Below, in pieces: positions 12,211 to 22,289 of a DNA stretch of 47,812 nt. Each line of letters starts with the position of its first letter. The stretch's first letter is position 1. The stretch lies in contig AP026127.1 in NCBI GenBank assembly GCA_030295235.1, positions 1,488,001 to 1,535,812 on the forward strand, written 5' to 3'. The notes beneath the pieces were generated by a model. That model made no database searches, was not told where the DNA came from, and saw only the letters and a program-made list of their open reading frames with translations. This stretch comes from Fistulifera solaris. Lineage: Eukaryota. The position numbers and the translations under genes are program-made.

Positions 12211-15200
12211 TTACAATCGAGTCGGTGCCTTGATTACTCGAGAGCGACTTTTGAACGGCCAAAATCTTGTTTCCTTACCCGCCTGTTGGAAATCGCCACG
12301 GGGCTTCTCATCACTCACAGATATTGATGCGATACTACACTCATCGTCACTTTCCTCGGAACGATTCTGCGTACAAAAGTTATCGCAAGCGTCGAGGGCT
12401 GGGTCGAAAACCCGAAAACATGGATCTAAACTGTCCATGTATTGGCCGGAAATCACCGCCCTCTTCGCTAGTTGCAGCTGCTTCTGAGTCTGCTTTCTTT
12501 CAAAGTCACTTTGATGCTTGTGGAGTGTGTCCGTCACCTTTTGGTAGCTTATATTGCCAGGAACCGTAGCAAGCCGGATTACTGTGTTCCTCTTGTGCTT
12601 CGGTAGTTCTAGCGTTGAGCTTGCTGAGAGCACGAGTTGAACATCCCTGAGCTGCTTCGGACCAGTGTTGAAAGTGGGTGTTTTATTGCCTCGTGACAAT
12701 TTCGGAGCCGCAGTCCAAACGGATTGCTCTTCTATCTCATTCTCGTCGTCGTCTTCTTCCTCGCTTACTTCCTCTTCCTCTTCCAGTGGCTGTTCTATTA
12801 GCCTTCGTAGATACCCTCCTTCATCTACAATTTTAATTCCTTCTCCCGTGAATACTCGTGCAGACTGTGCATCCCCTTTCCAATTTCGGGATTGTTTGTC
12901 CAAATTTCCCCTTAAGCCCTGCGCTGAATGTAGACGGCTTCGTGTCTTCGCGTGATTATTTATTACTGGCGTATCGCCCGAGAAAAAGGAGGACATCATT
13001 TGCGACGCCTCATCGCTGTGATTGCCCTTCTTTTCCTCCGTAACCCATTCAATGCGCCTATAGCGTAGCCCCGTTTACCCGATGCACACGACGCCGAATC
13101 ACGAACCATCGGTATTTCAAAGCTAGATCTCCTCGATACAGTGCTGATTCTTTCTTCATTGACAATGCCACTATCTTCGCTCGCCTGACTTGCTGAGATT
13201 ACATTCCTTGTTGCTTGCTTTGACGAAGATGTAATGTTACGAATTTCGACCTCGGTGACAGGTTCAAAAACTTACTCTCTTCCGAGTTGTCTGTGATGTG
13301 GCGGTCGCTTCCCGTTTTCGTTGAATGCTCAAAATCAATTAAGCTACCACCAGAGTGCATCATATTCCGGTTACTGTTGCTACTCACGCTATGGTATCCT
13401 TTTCGCTCAAAATATTCATCAATTGCTGGAACTTCTTCGTCAATATTGCAGGTGAGCTGGTGTCTTAAAGATCGAAGTGCAGCAACCGTATCTTTCGCAG
13501 GGTCTTGATGACATTGCTTTTGAGTTTGATTTCCCGAAACAAGCCATTGGTTTTTCTGTTCCGCAGCATACTCATCCTGAAAATATCTTTTCTCTTTATT
13601 GATAGTGTTGTCACTGTAACTCTCGCACGCGAATCGAGTTCGAAGCAACTGAATTGCGTCGTAAATTCTGTATCCAGTAGGTTGATAGTGGCGCTTGCCT
13701 TTACCAAACTCATCACATTCTACCCATTCTAGACCCACAGAGCTCGTCAGACCACTAACGCCGCCCGCCATCGGCATTTTATTTGATTGTAATTTGTCGT
13801 TCAAACTTTCGGATGGAACATCTTGGTCTTTACGATCACACGCCAAATCCATAATGTTCCGTTCTTTCTCTTCAAACTTCGCTTTCAGTACGCCGGCCTG
13901 GCTTGTTGCGTACTTGAAAGCTTCGGAGACAGGTGAGACAGAACTCCGTTTCGGGTCGTGTTCATGATCAATTGTTTTAGCAAAGCTATATGAAGCTCCT
14001 TCGACACCTTGAACCGCAGCGGCCTGGTTACTGGACGCCGCCTCTGACGTCAAGTGTTTCGACTGATTAGGAGGAAAGCGGATATCAGGGGTGCCTTTTT
14101 GTAAATCAGAAGCATCATCAGATTTAAGTTGCAGTGCTGGATTGGCCGGAAATTCCTGCCCAGACTCATTTCTAGTGTTCGACTCCTGTCTACTTCGTTG
14201 CAACGGATCATGACTTTCCAATAGCTTCGTGGGCACAATGGGATAAAATTGCCTGTATGCCATCCTCTTTCCCGCCACAACAGACGAGCTTTCTGTCAGA
14301 TCATCCGCAAGGCTCACACTCTTCTCGTCATGGTCGTATTTCTTTTGCAGCATAAGCCCGTCTTTCGATGACATGTTTGTGGACAAAGGTGGCACAGAGT
14401 GTGCGCATGAATTGCCGTTTTCGGTCGCTACTTTTCTCGGACGACGATAGTGCCCGAATAGTCCGCCCTTTTCTGTCACCACAGAAGAGTTGTCCGTAGC
14501 ACAGTCCACGAGCCTACCGCCCTGTGACGAAGGTGGTAAAGATTGCACATCTGAGCTTTCGAATTTCTTTTTCATTTGATGATTTCGCCCCAATACGCTG
14601 CACTTTTCTGTCGCTACCGACGAGTTACCTGTGGCGCAATCTACGAGACTCAGGCCGCGTGACGAAGCCGGTACACGCTGTGCATCAATTCCTTCATTTG
14701 TCTCTATTGAACGACAGTTCCGATTCCGCCTGAATATACCGCGCTTTCTTGACGCCACAGACGAGCTCTCCGTTGCACAATCCATCAGACTCACGTCCTT
14801 TACATCGTGGTCGCTCTTGTGCTGTGATTTATAATTGGCGTTGTCCTTTTGATGCGTGCGTTCCTTTTCATCGTAGTTTTGAATTTTATTTGTGGGTTCC
14901 TTTACTAGCATGGTTGTCGACAAAGGCGGTTTGGAGTGTGTGTCTGGTTCTTCGTTTCTGATCATGCTTTTATTCGAACGATGCTTTTGCCCAAATAGTC
15001 CATGTCTTTTCGTCACCACAGTGGACCTCCCCGAATCACAATCAACTAGGCTTGCGTTCTTCGATCTTTCGTCGTTTTGAGGTCCTTCGCAATTTTCTAT
15101 CGCAACCTCGCAATCACTCACACTTGCCATAATCGAAATACTTGTATTGCCATCGTCAACTGATAGATTCTCGTTTCTTGCTATAGAAGCTGGATCATCA

Positions 15201-15795
15201 ATGGAGACGCACCTTGAAGAAACATCAGTTCTTTGATACAGTGGTGGTCTTTCGAATGACGGCTTATTTTTATCGTCAAATTCATTCATCGGGATCGTAA
15301 GGTTTTTCGTCATTTGGTCGAGTGATTTTGATTTGACAATTTCAGTCACAAAACTGTCGTTATTTGAAAGACTTGTCACGACAGAGCCACTAAAATTGCT
15401 TCTCGCATAGTTTGCTTTGCTTGACCTAGGACGAATCCGATGAAGCAGTCCCTTATTCTTTCGGTGTGTAGCCTTGTTAGGTATCAACGAAAGATCGGCT
15501 TTGCTGACCGCTGATTGCTGCCTTCGTCTGTTTCTTCTGTTATGAGTGCCTCCCTGGTATCGTCTACGCTGCTTATAACCGAAAATCCTTTCGATGTTTC
15601 ATCCTGATGCATTTTTCTCGAACAAGAATCATCTTGGTCTTCGAGCTCTGTTCGCGACTCGATTCGCAAATTTTGATGGTTTCGACTTTCCTTCGCTTCC
15701 TCGTCAGCCGCCAACGATTTCTCACTGGAAAACACGGCAGCTTTGTTCTCTATGAAAGGAGCCAAATACTCTGCATCTTCGGCCTTGATCACCAT
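12211..15795 (-). CDS. Large low-complexity uncharacterised protein with five internal ~23-aa repeats; frameshifts near 15490, 13268 and 13075
   Basis: ORFs 15484-15795, 13199-15487 and 12211-12999 join into one frame when a single base is added at each short homopolymer. S/D/K-rich; no recognisable catalytic domain. Confidence 0.6.
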
Positions 15796-16249
15796 CTTGC
15801 CCGTCTTTTCGATTGCTTTGGGAACACCGAAAAGTTTGTTCAGTTCGGCAAGTGGTCCAGTAAAGCGCGAAAGTACGTATAATAAGTGTGGAAAGTGATG
15901 GCCCTAAGTAATTCTTCAGAGCGATACCGTTGTGTTAGGACAGTCGTCCAAAATGAGACCAATTTTCGCCAACGTCTTAAATCTTTCTACCGCAGAATGT
16001 CACATTAAAACACCATCATCGATAGTCAACTTGGACTTTAGTCTATCCTGTACAAGTAAACGATGACCGCCTAAGGGACTCAGGACTCCTCCTCAGGACT
16101 CAGGACTCAGGACTAATGACATTGTCGCTGACGCGGCGGAATGTTTTTTAATCCCATTCGCAAGATAGCCTTTCTTTGGCAATCAACGCTAGTCTATTAC
16201 CTGGTACCTTCGTGAAAATATTTTTTTTTGTAAAACGCATGGAAAATTT

Positions 16250-16540
16250 GCGATTCGAATGGCTGCGTAGCTTTCACGTAGCTCTCGTAGGGAAATATAT
16301 CGGCAGAGGGCGAACCCGGATATTGCTAATTTTAATGACACCAATTGTTTGCATCATTTGGACGCCAATGTCAACCATACTTTGCCCGCTATCGCAATTG
16401 TACGTAATCAGACAATAAAGGACTTTAATTTGACAGTGACACATGAAACACTAGAAAGATACAACGCTTCCAATGTCTACGCGTATTCGACGTAGCCGCC
16501 GTAGGAAATTTATCTCTGTAGGGGTACCCGCATATTGTGT
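16250..16540 (+). repeat. Dispersed ~215-bp motif-bounded repeat unit, locus B (two motif blocks)
   Basis: TTTCACGTAGCTCTCGTAGGGAAATATATC...ACCCGGATATTG (~16272-16325) and TCTACGCGTATTCGACGTAGCCGCCGTAGGAAATTTATC...GGGGTACCCGCATATTG (~16476-16537). Confidence 0.55.
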
Positions 16541-16928
16541 GTTTTTGCCTTAGAAGAATGCTTTGAAGATATTTTTGCACAATCAAACCAGCTTTTTTTT
16601 ATATTTTTTATTGCCCAAAATGTTTTTGCACAAGTCATAAGTTTTATTCGCCAAAATTGCCGAATGAATTGAGTACGAGGTTGACCGCAGTTCGGCTCGA
16701 AATGAATTGTGATTCATGACTGAAATGCAGTCGTGGGTCTACGAAGCCTATAGAGTTGAACGCTGGTACCACGTACTATCGAAAAAACACGCTTCAAAGC
16801 TTTGGTCTCTATTATTTTGGTTTACTCATTGATCCTATGTCTTCGTTATGCAATATTGTGCACAAAGTGAATTCAAACTGGCAAGAAATGGATTCATGGC
16901 TGTATCGTCGAGTGTTGACTTGAGATAC

Positions 16929-19223
16929 TCAGGGGGAGGGGTCAGGAAGCGTATCTTCTACAACTCCGGTATCCTCACTAGGTAGCATTGTCAACTCAGC
17001 ATTTTTGGATTCGGATCGATGACGATCTAGACCTGTGAACGAAGCTTCTTCTTCACCTCCAAATGATAAGCCAAATAAAGCCTTTGCGGGACGAATTGTT
17101 GGAAGCCGCGGACTAGTAAAGTCACCCAGGTGCACATGATTATCGATCTTTCTTCTGTATCCCGATATTAATTGTTCTTCGGTTCCGGAGGGATATGGCT
17201 GAAGCTCTAAGGCAAAACTGTTTTCGCCAGAAAAGTCAGTTTTGACTCTTGTCGAAAGAGGATACTTTTTCGAAGCACTTCGATCGTATATTGTTGTTAT
17301 TTTGTCCTCCGTTGCCGCGGTTACATCGGTAGACACTCTTTTCGAAGGACTAATAGAGGAACTATGAGAGCTGCATTCTTCTTTACGAACGTGGCTGGAA
17401 ATGATATTGGTTGACTGTGGAGCCATCAGAGACTTCCTAGCTTTTTGTTTGCACCTCGAGAACAAGCTTGCCTTGGTAGCAACTGAGTTGATTTCGCTAT
17501 TTCTATTCGGTATTCTGCCACATCGATTTTCAAAGGACTCCGGATTGGAGGTAGCAGGGGATAGCATGTCGCCAACATCCTGACAAGTTTCGTTTGTGGA
17601 ATTGCTCGAACATACTGACAAATTATCGTGCGTAGCAGCAGTATGTTTTCCAGCAACCTTTCTTCTTGCTACTCTCATTGCCGTCCTACGTCGAGCTGTC
17701 TTCATTAAAGCTGGACTTTGCTTTACTGCATAATTATCCGAAATGGAAGTGGTGCTTTGATCCTCTGAGAAATTCATGTCAGTCAACTCAGATGTAACGT
17801 TTTCAATCACATTCGAAGTAAATGCGATAGTCGGCCCAGTGGACATGCGTTGATTGTGCTTATGCTCAACCGTCGTGTATTCGGATATTAAGGGTAGCCC
17901 TCGCTCTGGCAAACTGAAAACGGATTGAGCTCCTGACCTGTGTTGTGATATCTTCTCCTTAATCTTTTTAGGAACCAATCTTCCCAGCATTTTGTTTGCC
18001 TTGACTCCGTTGAGACTCTTGCTTCTGATGGAGTTAAAAGTCGTCACTGAGCAGACGTCATCACAATCATCATTTCCTTTATTTGTTCCTTTATAAGCAC
18101 AAACTTCGACTTCAAAATCGCTTGCTATTGTGCTCACTCCCCGAAGAGACTGGTCACTTAAAGTTCGCAATTGGCGTGGGGAAACACTGTTTTGTTCTAA
18201 AAAGCATTCGTGTTCCCGGGTCTCTGTCACTTGCTTTGCAACTCTTGATCGGCCTAATTCGACATAGTCGGCTGGGCAAATATGCTGCCGACGAAAAGGC
18301 GTCGAGGCGGGCGAAAAACAATCGTCACTCTTTGGGTATCGAGAGCGCTGAGACTGAACGGCGTGATTTCTGGCGTTACTTTGTACGTAGCTGGATTGCG
18401 TTTGGGTTGTAAAACGTGAATCGCTCTTTGGCAGATTTTCATCACCACTTAGCATATATTGTTTCTCCGACGTACGATCTCTTTTAGTTGTGCACCCATT
18501 TAGATGCTTTCGAAACTTAGTCTCACGAAATGTATTGAATTTGTTGACGGCGAATCTTTGAATCACCGACGGAGCAGTTTGAATAGATGTCAGGGAGTTT
18601 TGGGAAGTCAGAGGAGGATGCCTTCGCTTCGATCTCATTTTCACTCTTCGTTCGGGGAACACAACAATGGATCCGACGTCTACATATTCTGCATATCCTT
18701 TGACGGACACTACTGATGAGATACTACCGACAGCGTCCGAAAGGGGGGAAACCTGATTGATATCGGTAGGAGAAAAAGAATCGACGACGTGCACGAAGTC
18801 AGGCCGCGAAGGACGACCTTTTATAGAAATCGAAGACCGAGCTGGCGCAAGCGGAAGCGGAAGCGGATTGTTTTGCGATGACACTAGAGTTTTTCGCCGT
18901 GGCTGTCTTGTATATTGTGAATCGTCTCTGTCTTGATACAAGTTATCTTGCCGTGTGGATTTTTCTGGAGCATCACGCTTTTCCGCGGCGGTTTCCTCTA
19001 CGAATCTTGACTCAGGACGGTGGCTATACGTTCGAGTAGCACAACAAGAATCAATCACAGTGGCTTTTCCAGATTTGTAAGGGTCATATCGCATTGATAT
19101 AGAAGACTGCGCGGAAACTAACGGAACATGCTTCTTTGGAAAATGCTTCGTTTGGGCAGAATGTTCAACAGATCCGTTGTGGCTCGGAATGTCTATTTCT
19201 TCAGGAAGGACTTCCGGTTTCAT
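16929..19223 (-). CDS. Uncharacterised S/R/T-rich, probably disordered protein (764 aa)
   Basis: Uninterrupted 2.3-kb ORF with ATG start; no recognisable domain. Confidence 0.7.
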   Translation of the reverse strand: MKPEVLPEEIDIPSHNGSVEHSAQTKHFPKKHVPLVSAQSSISMRYDPYKSGKATVIDSCCATRTYSHRPESRFVEETAAEKRDAPEKSTRQDNLYQDRDDSQYTRQPRRKTLVSSQNNPLPLPLAPARSSISIKGRPSRPDFVHVVDSFSPTDINQVSPLSDAVGSISSVVSVKGYAEYVDVGSIVVFPERRVKMRSKRRHPPLTSQNSLTSIQTAPSVIQRFAVNKFNTFRETKFRKHLNGCTTKRDRTSEKQYMLSGDENLPKSDSRFTTQTQSSYVQSNARNHAVQSQRSRYPKSDDCFSPASTPFRRQHICPADYVELGRSRVAKQVTETREHECFLEQNSVSPRQLRTLSDQSLRGVSTIASDFEVEVCAYKGTNKGNDDCDDVCSVTTFNSIRSKSLNGVKANKMLGRLVPKKIKEKISQHRSGAQSVFSLPERGLPLISEYTTVEHKHNQRMSTGPTIAFTSNVIENVTSELTDMNFSEDQSTTSISDNYAVKQSPALMKTARRRTAMRVARRKVAGKHTAATHDNLSVCSSNSTNETCQDVGDMLSPATSNPESFENRCGRIPNRNSEINSVATKASLFSRCKQKARKSLMAPQSTNIISSHVRKEECSSHSSSISPSKRVSTDVTAATEDKITTIYDRSASKKYPLSTRVKTDFSGENSFALELQPYPSGTEEQLISGYRRKIDNHVHLGDFTSPRLPTIRPAKALFGLSFGGEEEASFTGLDRHRSESKNAELTMLPSEDTGVVEDTLPDPSP

Positions 19224-19859
19224 TTTCTTTGATCTTAAAGTCTCTTTGCGGCAAAGACTTTTTTACCTTTGGAAGATGATGATCGTCACGGTGCGCTTCG
19301 TTTCAAGACCGAAGACGATGCTGCAAAATTGTGATGGAGAATTGATGTGCGATAGGAGATACATTCATTGCGAATCCGTTGATGCTTTATTTAGGGCATT
19401 TTCCTCGCCAACGTCTATTTACGAGTACCGTCAACACTGCTCTAGAGAGTAGTCTGGAAGTCGCCTCGCGCACATGGTCTTCTTAAATAAAAAGTACTCC
19501 GTACTCCATAGTATTGCACTGCATTTTTTCAAGCTTGGATTTTTTTTAAAAAAAACTAAGTCTCTCTTCAGCATCCTGTCTTTCCGAGTGTAAGATAGAC
19601 TAGTAGTGTCGTAAAATAATAATCACCTTTCGAAAAGAAACCAAATGTTTCGTTATGGCTGTCGAAGTCGTCATTCATGGAAGCTGTCTTATGTAACGAT
19701 TAAATAATGTTATTGCGGGTGCCCGTTGGCTGAAACTCATTTCTCATTCTTCCATTCTTTCAGCAAATCTTACCACAAACAATGAAGTCCACTGCCCGAT
19801 CAACCATACCAATGCTCTCTAGAACATCATGTCGTTGCTTGTCGGCCCTTCGCAAACGC

Positions 19860-20911
19860 TCATCCCTTCCTTTTGTCTTCCCTAAACAAGTGTTTTGCAT
19901 CCTCTTTTGCACCCTCTTTTGTACTATCAAAAAAATCGTCGAATACAATTGTTTCATTTTCGGGAATGACATCAAGTATTGATGTAGTCGACACTCGTCT
20001 CGCAACCTTCCGGCTTGAGACTGCTCGTGTTTGGTCCGTGTGTTTGTGTGCACTCAATAGTTTTTGCATTTCAGCAATAATCTCTTTCGGAATCACGGCA
20101 TACTCGTCAGTGTCGCTGGCTTCGCTCTCTTTTTCGAGGACTGGAGCCGACGGCTCCGGTCTTGGCTGCTCTGACTGTCCTTTCGTTTCGAAATGGTGAA
20201 GTGAATTGGATTCACGTTGCGCTGGAACCGCATGATTGCATCGAGCGTTTAACGGCGTAGTCCGCTCAGTTCTCTTCGGGCTAACGACAGAAGTTGGTAT
20301 TTTTGACATTTTCTCTTTGATCTGCAGTAACAAACAAAGAAGTTTCTCGCGCTTTTGTTCCTTTTGCTTGTCGAGCTTCCTGCCTGTTTTTTTGTTGTCG
20401 CTTTGTTTCTGTAACTTTTGAATCATGTTTTCCAAGTATGCATCTAAATGTTTCTCCTTCCACATACTCGACAATATTGAGTCTTTTGCAGGACTTTTCG
20501 ATTCGTTTTCACGGTTTGAAATCGCAGCATCCGCGTACTGATCGTTGAAAGCCTTCGTCGTGCTCGAGTTTGACTCTCTCATTCTCCGGCGATGTCTCGA
20601 CGCCATTGACCTGGACTGAAGGGACGTTCCAACCCAGCGATTCGTGTCGTTTACAAGTCCTCTCAGGCTAGTTTCCTCATCCCTTTGTTCGATTGTCGCT
20701 TCTCGATTGTCGAAATGAAACTGTTCCGTCTTCCACTTTTGCTGCAAATCGTTCAATGCCCCCACGGTTTCAAAAGTTGTCCGTTCCTTTGGAGCTTTAT
20801 CCTCAGCTTTTGGTGTTCCTCTTTTTGCTTGAGCCACTCTGATTTCTCTTCCATGCGACGCCGAAAGCTCTTGTGGGTCGGAAATTGACACGACGGTCCT
20901 TCCCTTTCCAT
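19860..20911 (-). CDS. Uncharacterised coiled-coil/charged protein; probable frameshift at 20788-20790, C-terminus uncertain
   Basis: Long ORF to 19860. ATG at 20911 gives MEREGPSCQFPTHKSFRRRMEEKSEWLKQKEEHQKLRIKLQ, which joins KERTTFETVGALNDLQQKW with one extra A. Confidence 0.55.
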
Positions 20912-21454
20912 GATCACAATACAAAATCACCAGAAGTATGACGGGAAATTACAAGTGATCGCCGGATGTCGGCAATCTTCACTGATACTAATGATGTCTC
21001 TTGAGCTTTCTTTAGCGATGCAATGAACCTCAACACATCGTGTTTTACAGATAAAGACCGCCTGACATGCTCCAAAATACGGAAATTTTTTTGGTTGTGG
21101 TGTCGTTTCTGTTCTCGTCCTTTGCGAATCCATGAAACGGCTTTTAACGCTACCTTGATAGGTGAACGGATAAATTGAGTACCGTAACCAAAAAATAGTG
21201 CACAAGTGAATAGATGTTTATAAGATTCACGATTTGTTAAACGGACACTTCTTATATACAGATTGTTAAATCTCCATCGCCAATTTCGCAAGGTTAGTTG
21301 CTCGCATCTCGCCTTCTCACTTTTTTCCGAAGCGGAGCAACAAGCAACGAACGCCAAGACACAAGACAAATTCCCCTTGGAGCGTTTGGCGACAGCACAT
21401 CATAGAAAAGTTGAGATATACCGATTCAAGTCAGTCGCGACAAACAGCAGAACC

Positions 21455-22201
21455 ATGGTGATCATGAACAATCTATTTCGTTATCATTCACAAATCGCAG
21501 ATGTGGCGACCTCTCCGCGACGCAATACTGCCAGTGTCAAGAGCGCACCTCAGCTGCAACAAAGTCGGGACTTTTTCGACAAAATGTCACGTTATACTCG
21601 AGCTAGTGATCGGAAGAATGTCTTGAAAACGCTGAACGAATGTGGCGTACTCAAGCTGGTAACACTGCCTTCCAAACCGGCATCGCCTTCCAGTGAATAC
21701 GCATGGAATATGTTGGAAGAAGAAGTATGCCGAATGCGCTTTGACATCAACGGTGTTCCTCTCGGACCCGGCTGCTACTGTTCGAGCTTTTTCGAAATTC
21801 AAAAAATCCTAAAGACGGTGTGTGCCAAGCTAGCAGATCGAACAGACTCTTATTCGGCGGATGAACTATACCGTGAACTCATTGTGCGAATGGCAGAGTC
21901 AAATACTCAAGCTGACTCCCACCGCGCTCTAGATCCTCTCATGGGGAGTCCGCAACTTCAGCTGCAGGTGCCTCCCAGAGAATCTGCTGTTCACGAACCA
22001 CACACTACAGTTTCCTTGTACGAGGCCAATGGTCACCTACATTTCGTGCTTGATACGTCTCATACTTTCGGTTTGTTTCGAAAACTAGACTTGGGAAGCG
22101 ACAAGCCATGGATCAAAATCACCGCAGCTTTTCATGAGAGATCCAATCTTTGTACCGGTTCAGCGGTCCGTAATGTTGCAATCCATTTGCCTCAGAAATA
22201 A
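21455..22201 (+). CDS. Uncharacterised globular protein (~248 aa)
   Basis: ATG at 21455, mixed helix/strand-like composition (EEEVCRMRFDINGV..., HTFGLFRK, PWIKITAAFHERSNL); family not recognised. Confidence 0.65.
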   Translation: MVIMNNLFRYHSQIADVATSPRRNTASVKSAPQLQQSRDFFDKMSRYTRASDRKNVLKTLNECGVLKLVTLPSKPASPSSEYAWNMLEEEVCRMRFDINGVPLGPGCYCSSFFEIQKILKTVCAKLADRTDSYSADELYRELIVRMAESNTQADSHRALDPLMGSPQLQLQVPPRESAVHEPHTTVSLYEANGHLHFVLDTSHTFGLFRKLDLGSDKPWIKITAAFHERSNLCTGSAVRNVAIHLPQK

Positions 22202-22289
22202 GAAGCGAAGCGTAGTCTACTTGGAATAATGTAATAGTCTTATGTTTGTAACAAATGCAACGTGTCAAAATGCTCAAATAGTTTTAACA

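Noticed and set aside
16076..16114. CTCAGGA heptamer run
   Set aside because: A short simple repeat with no supporting structure.
620..20790. Programmed ribosomal frameshifting or mass pseudogenisation
   Set aside because: There is no shared slippery heptamer or downstream structure, both gains and losses occur, all are at homopolymers, and no nonsense substitutions accompany them. Sequencing error is the simpler explanation.
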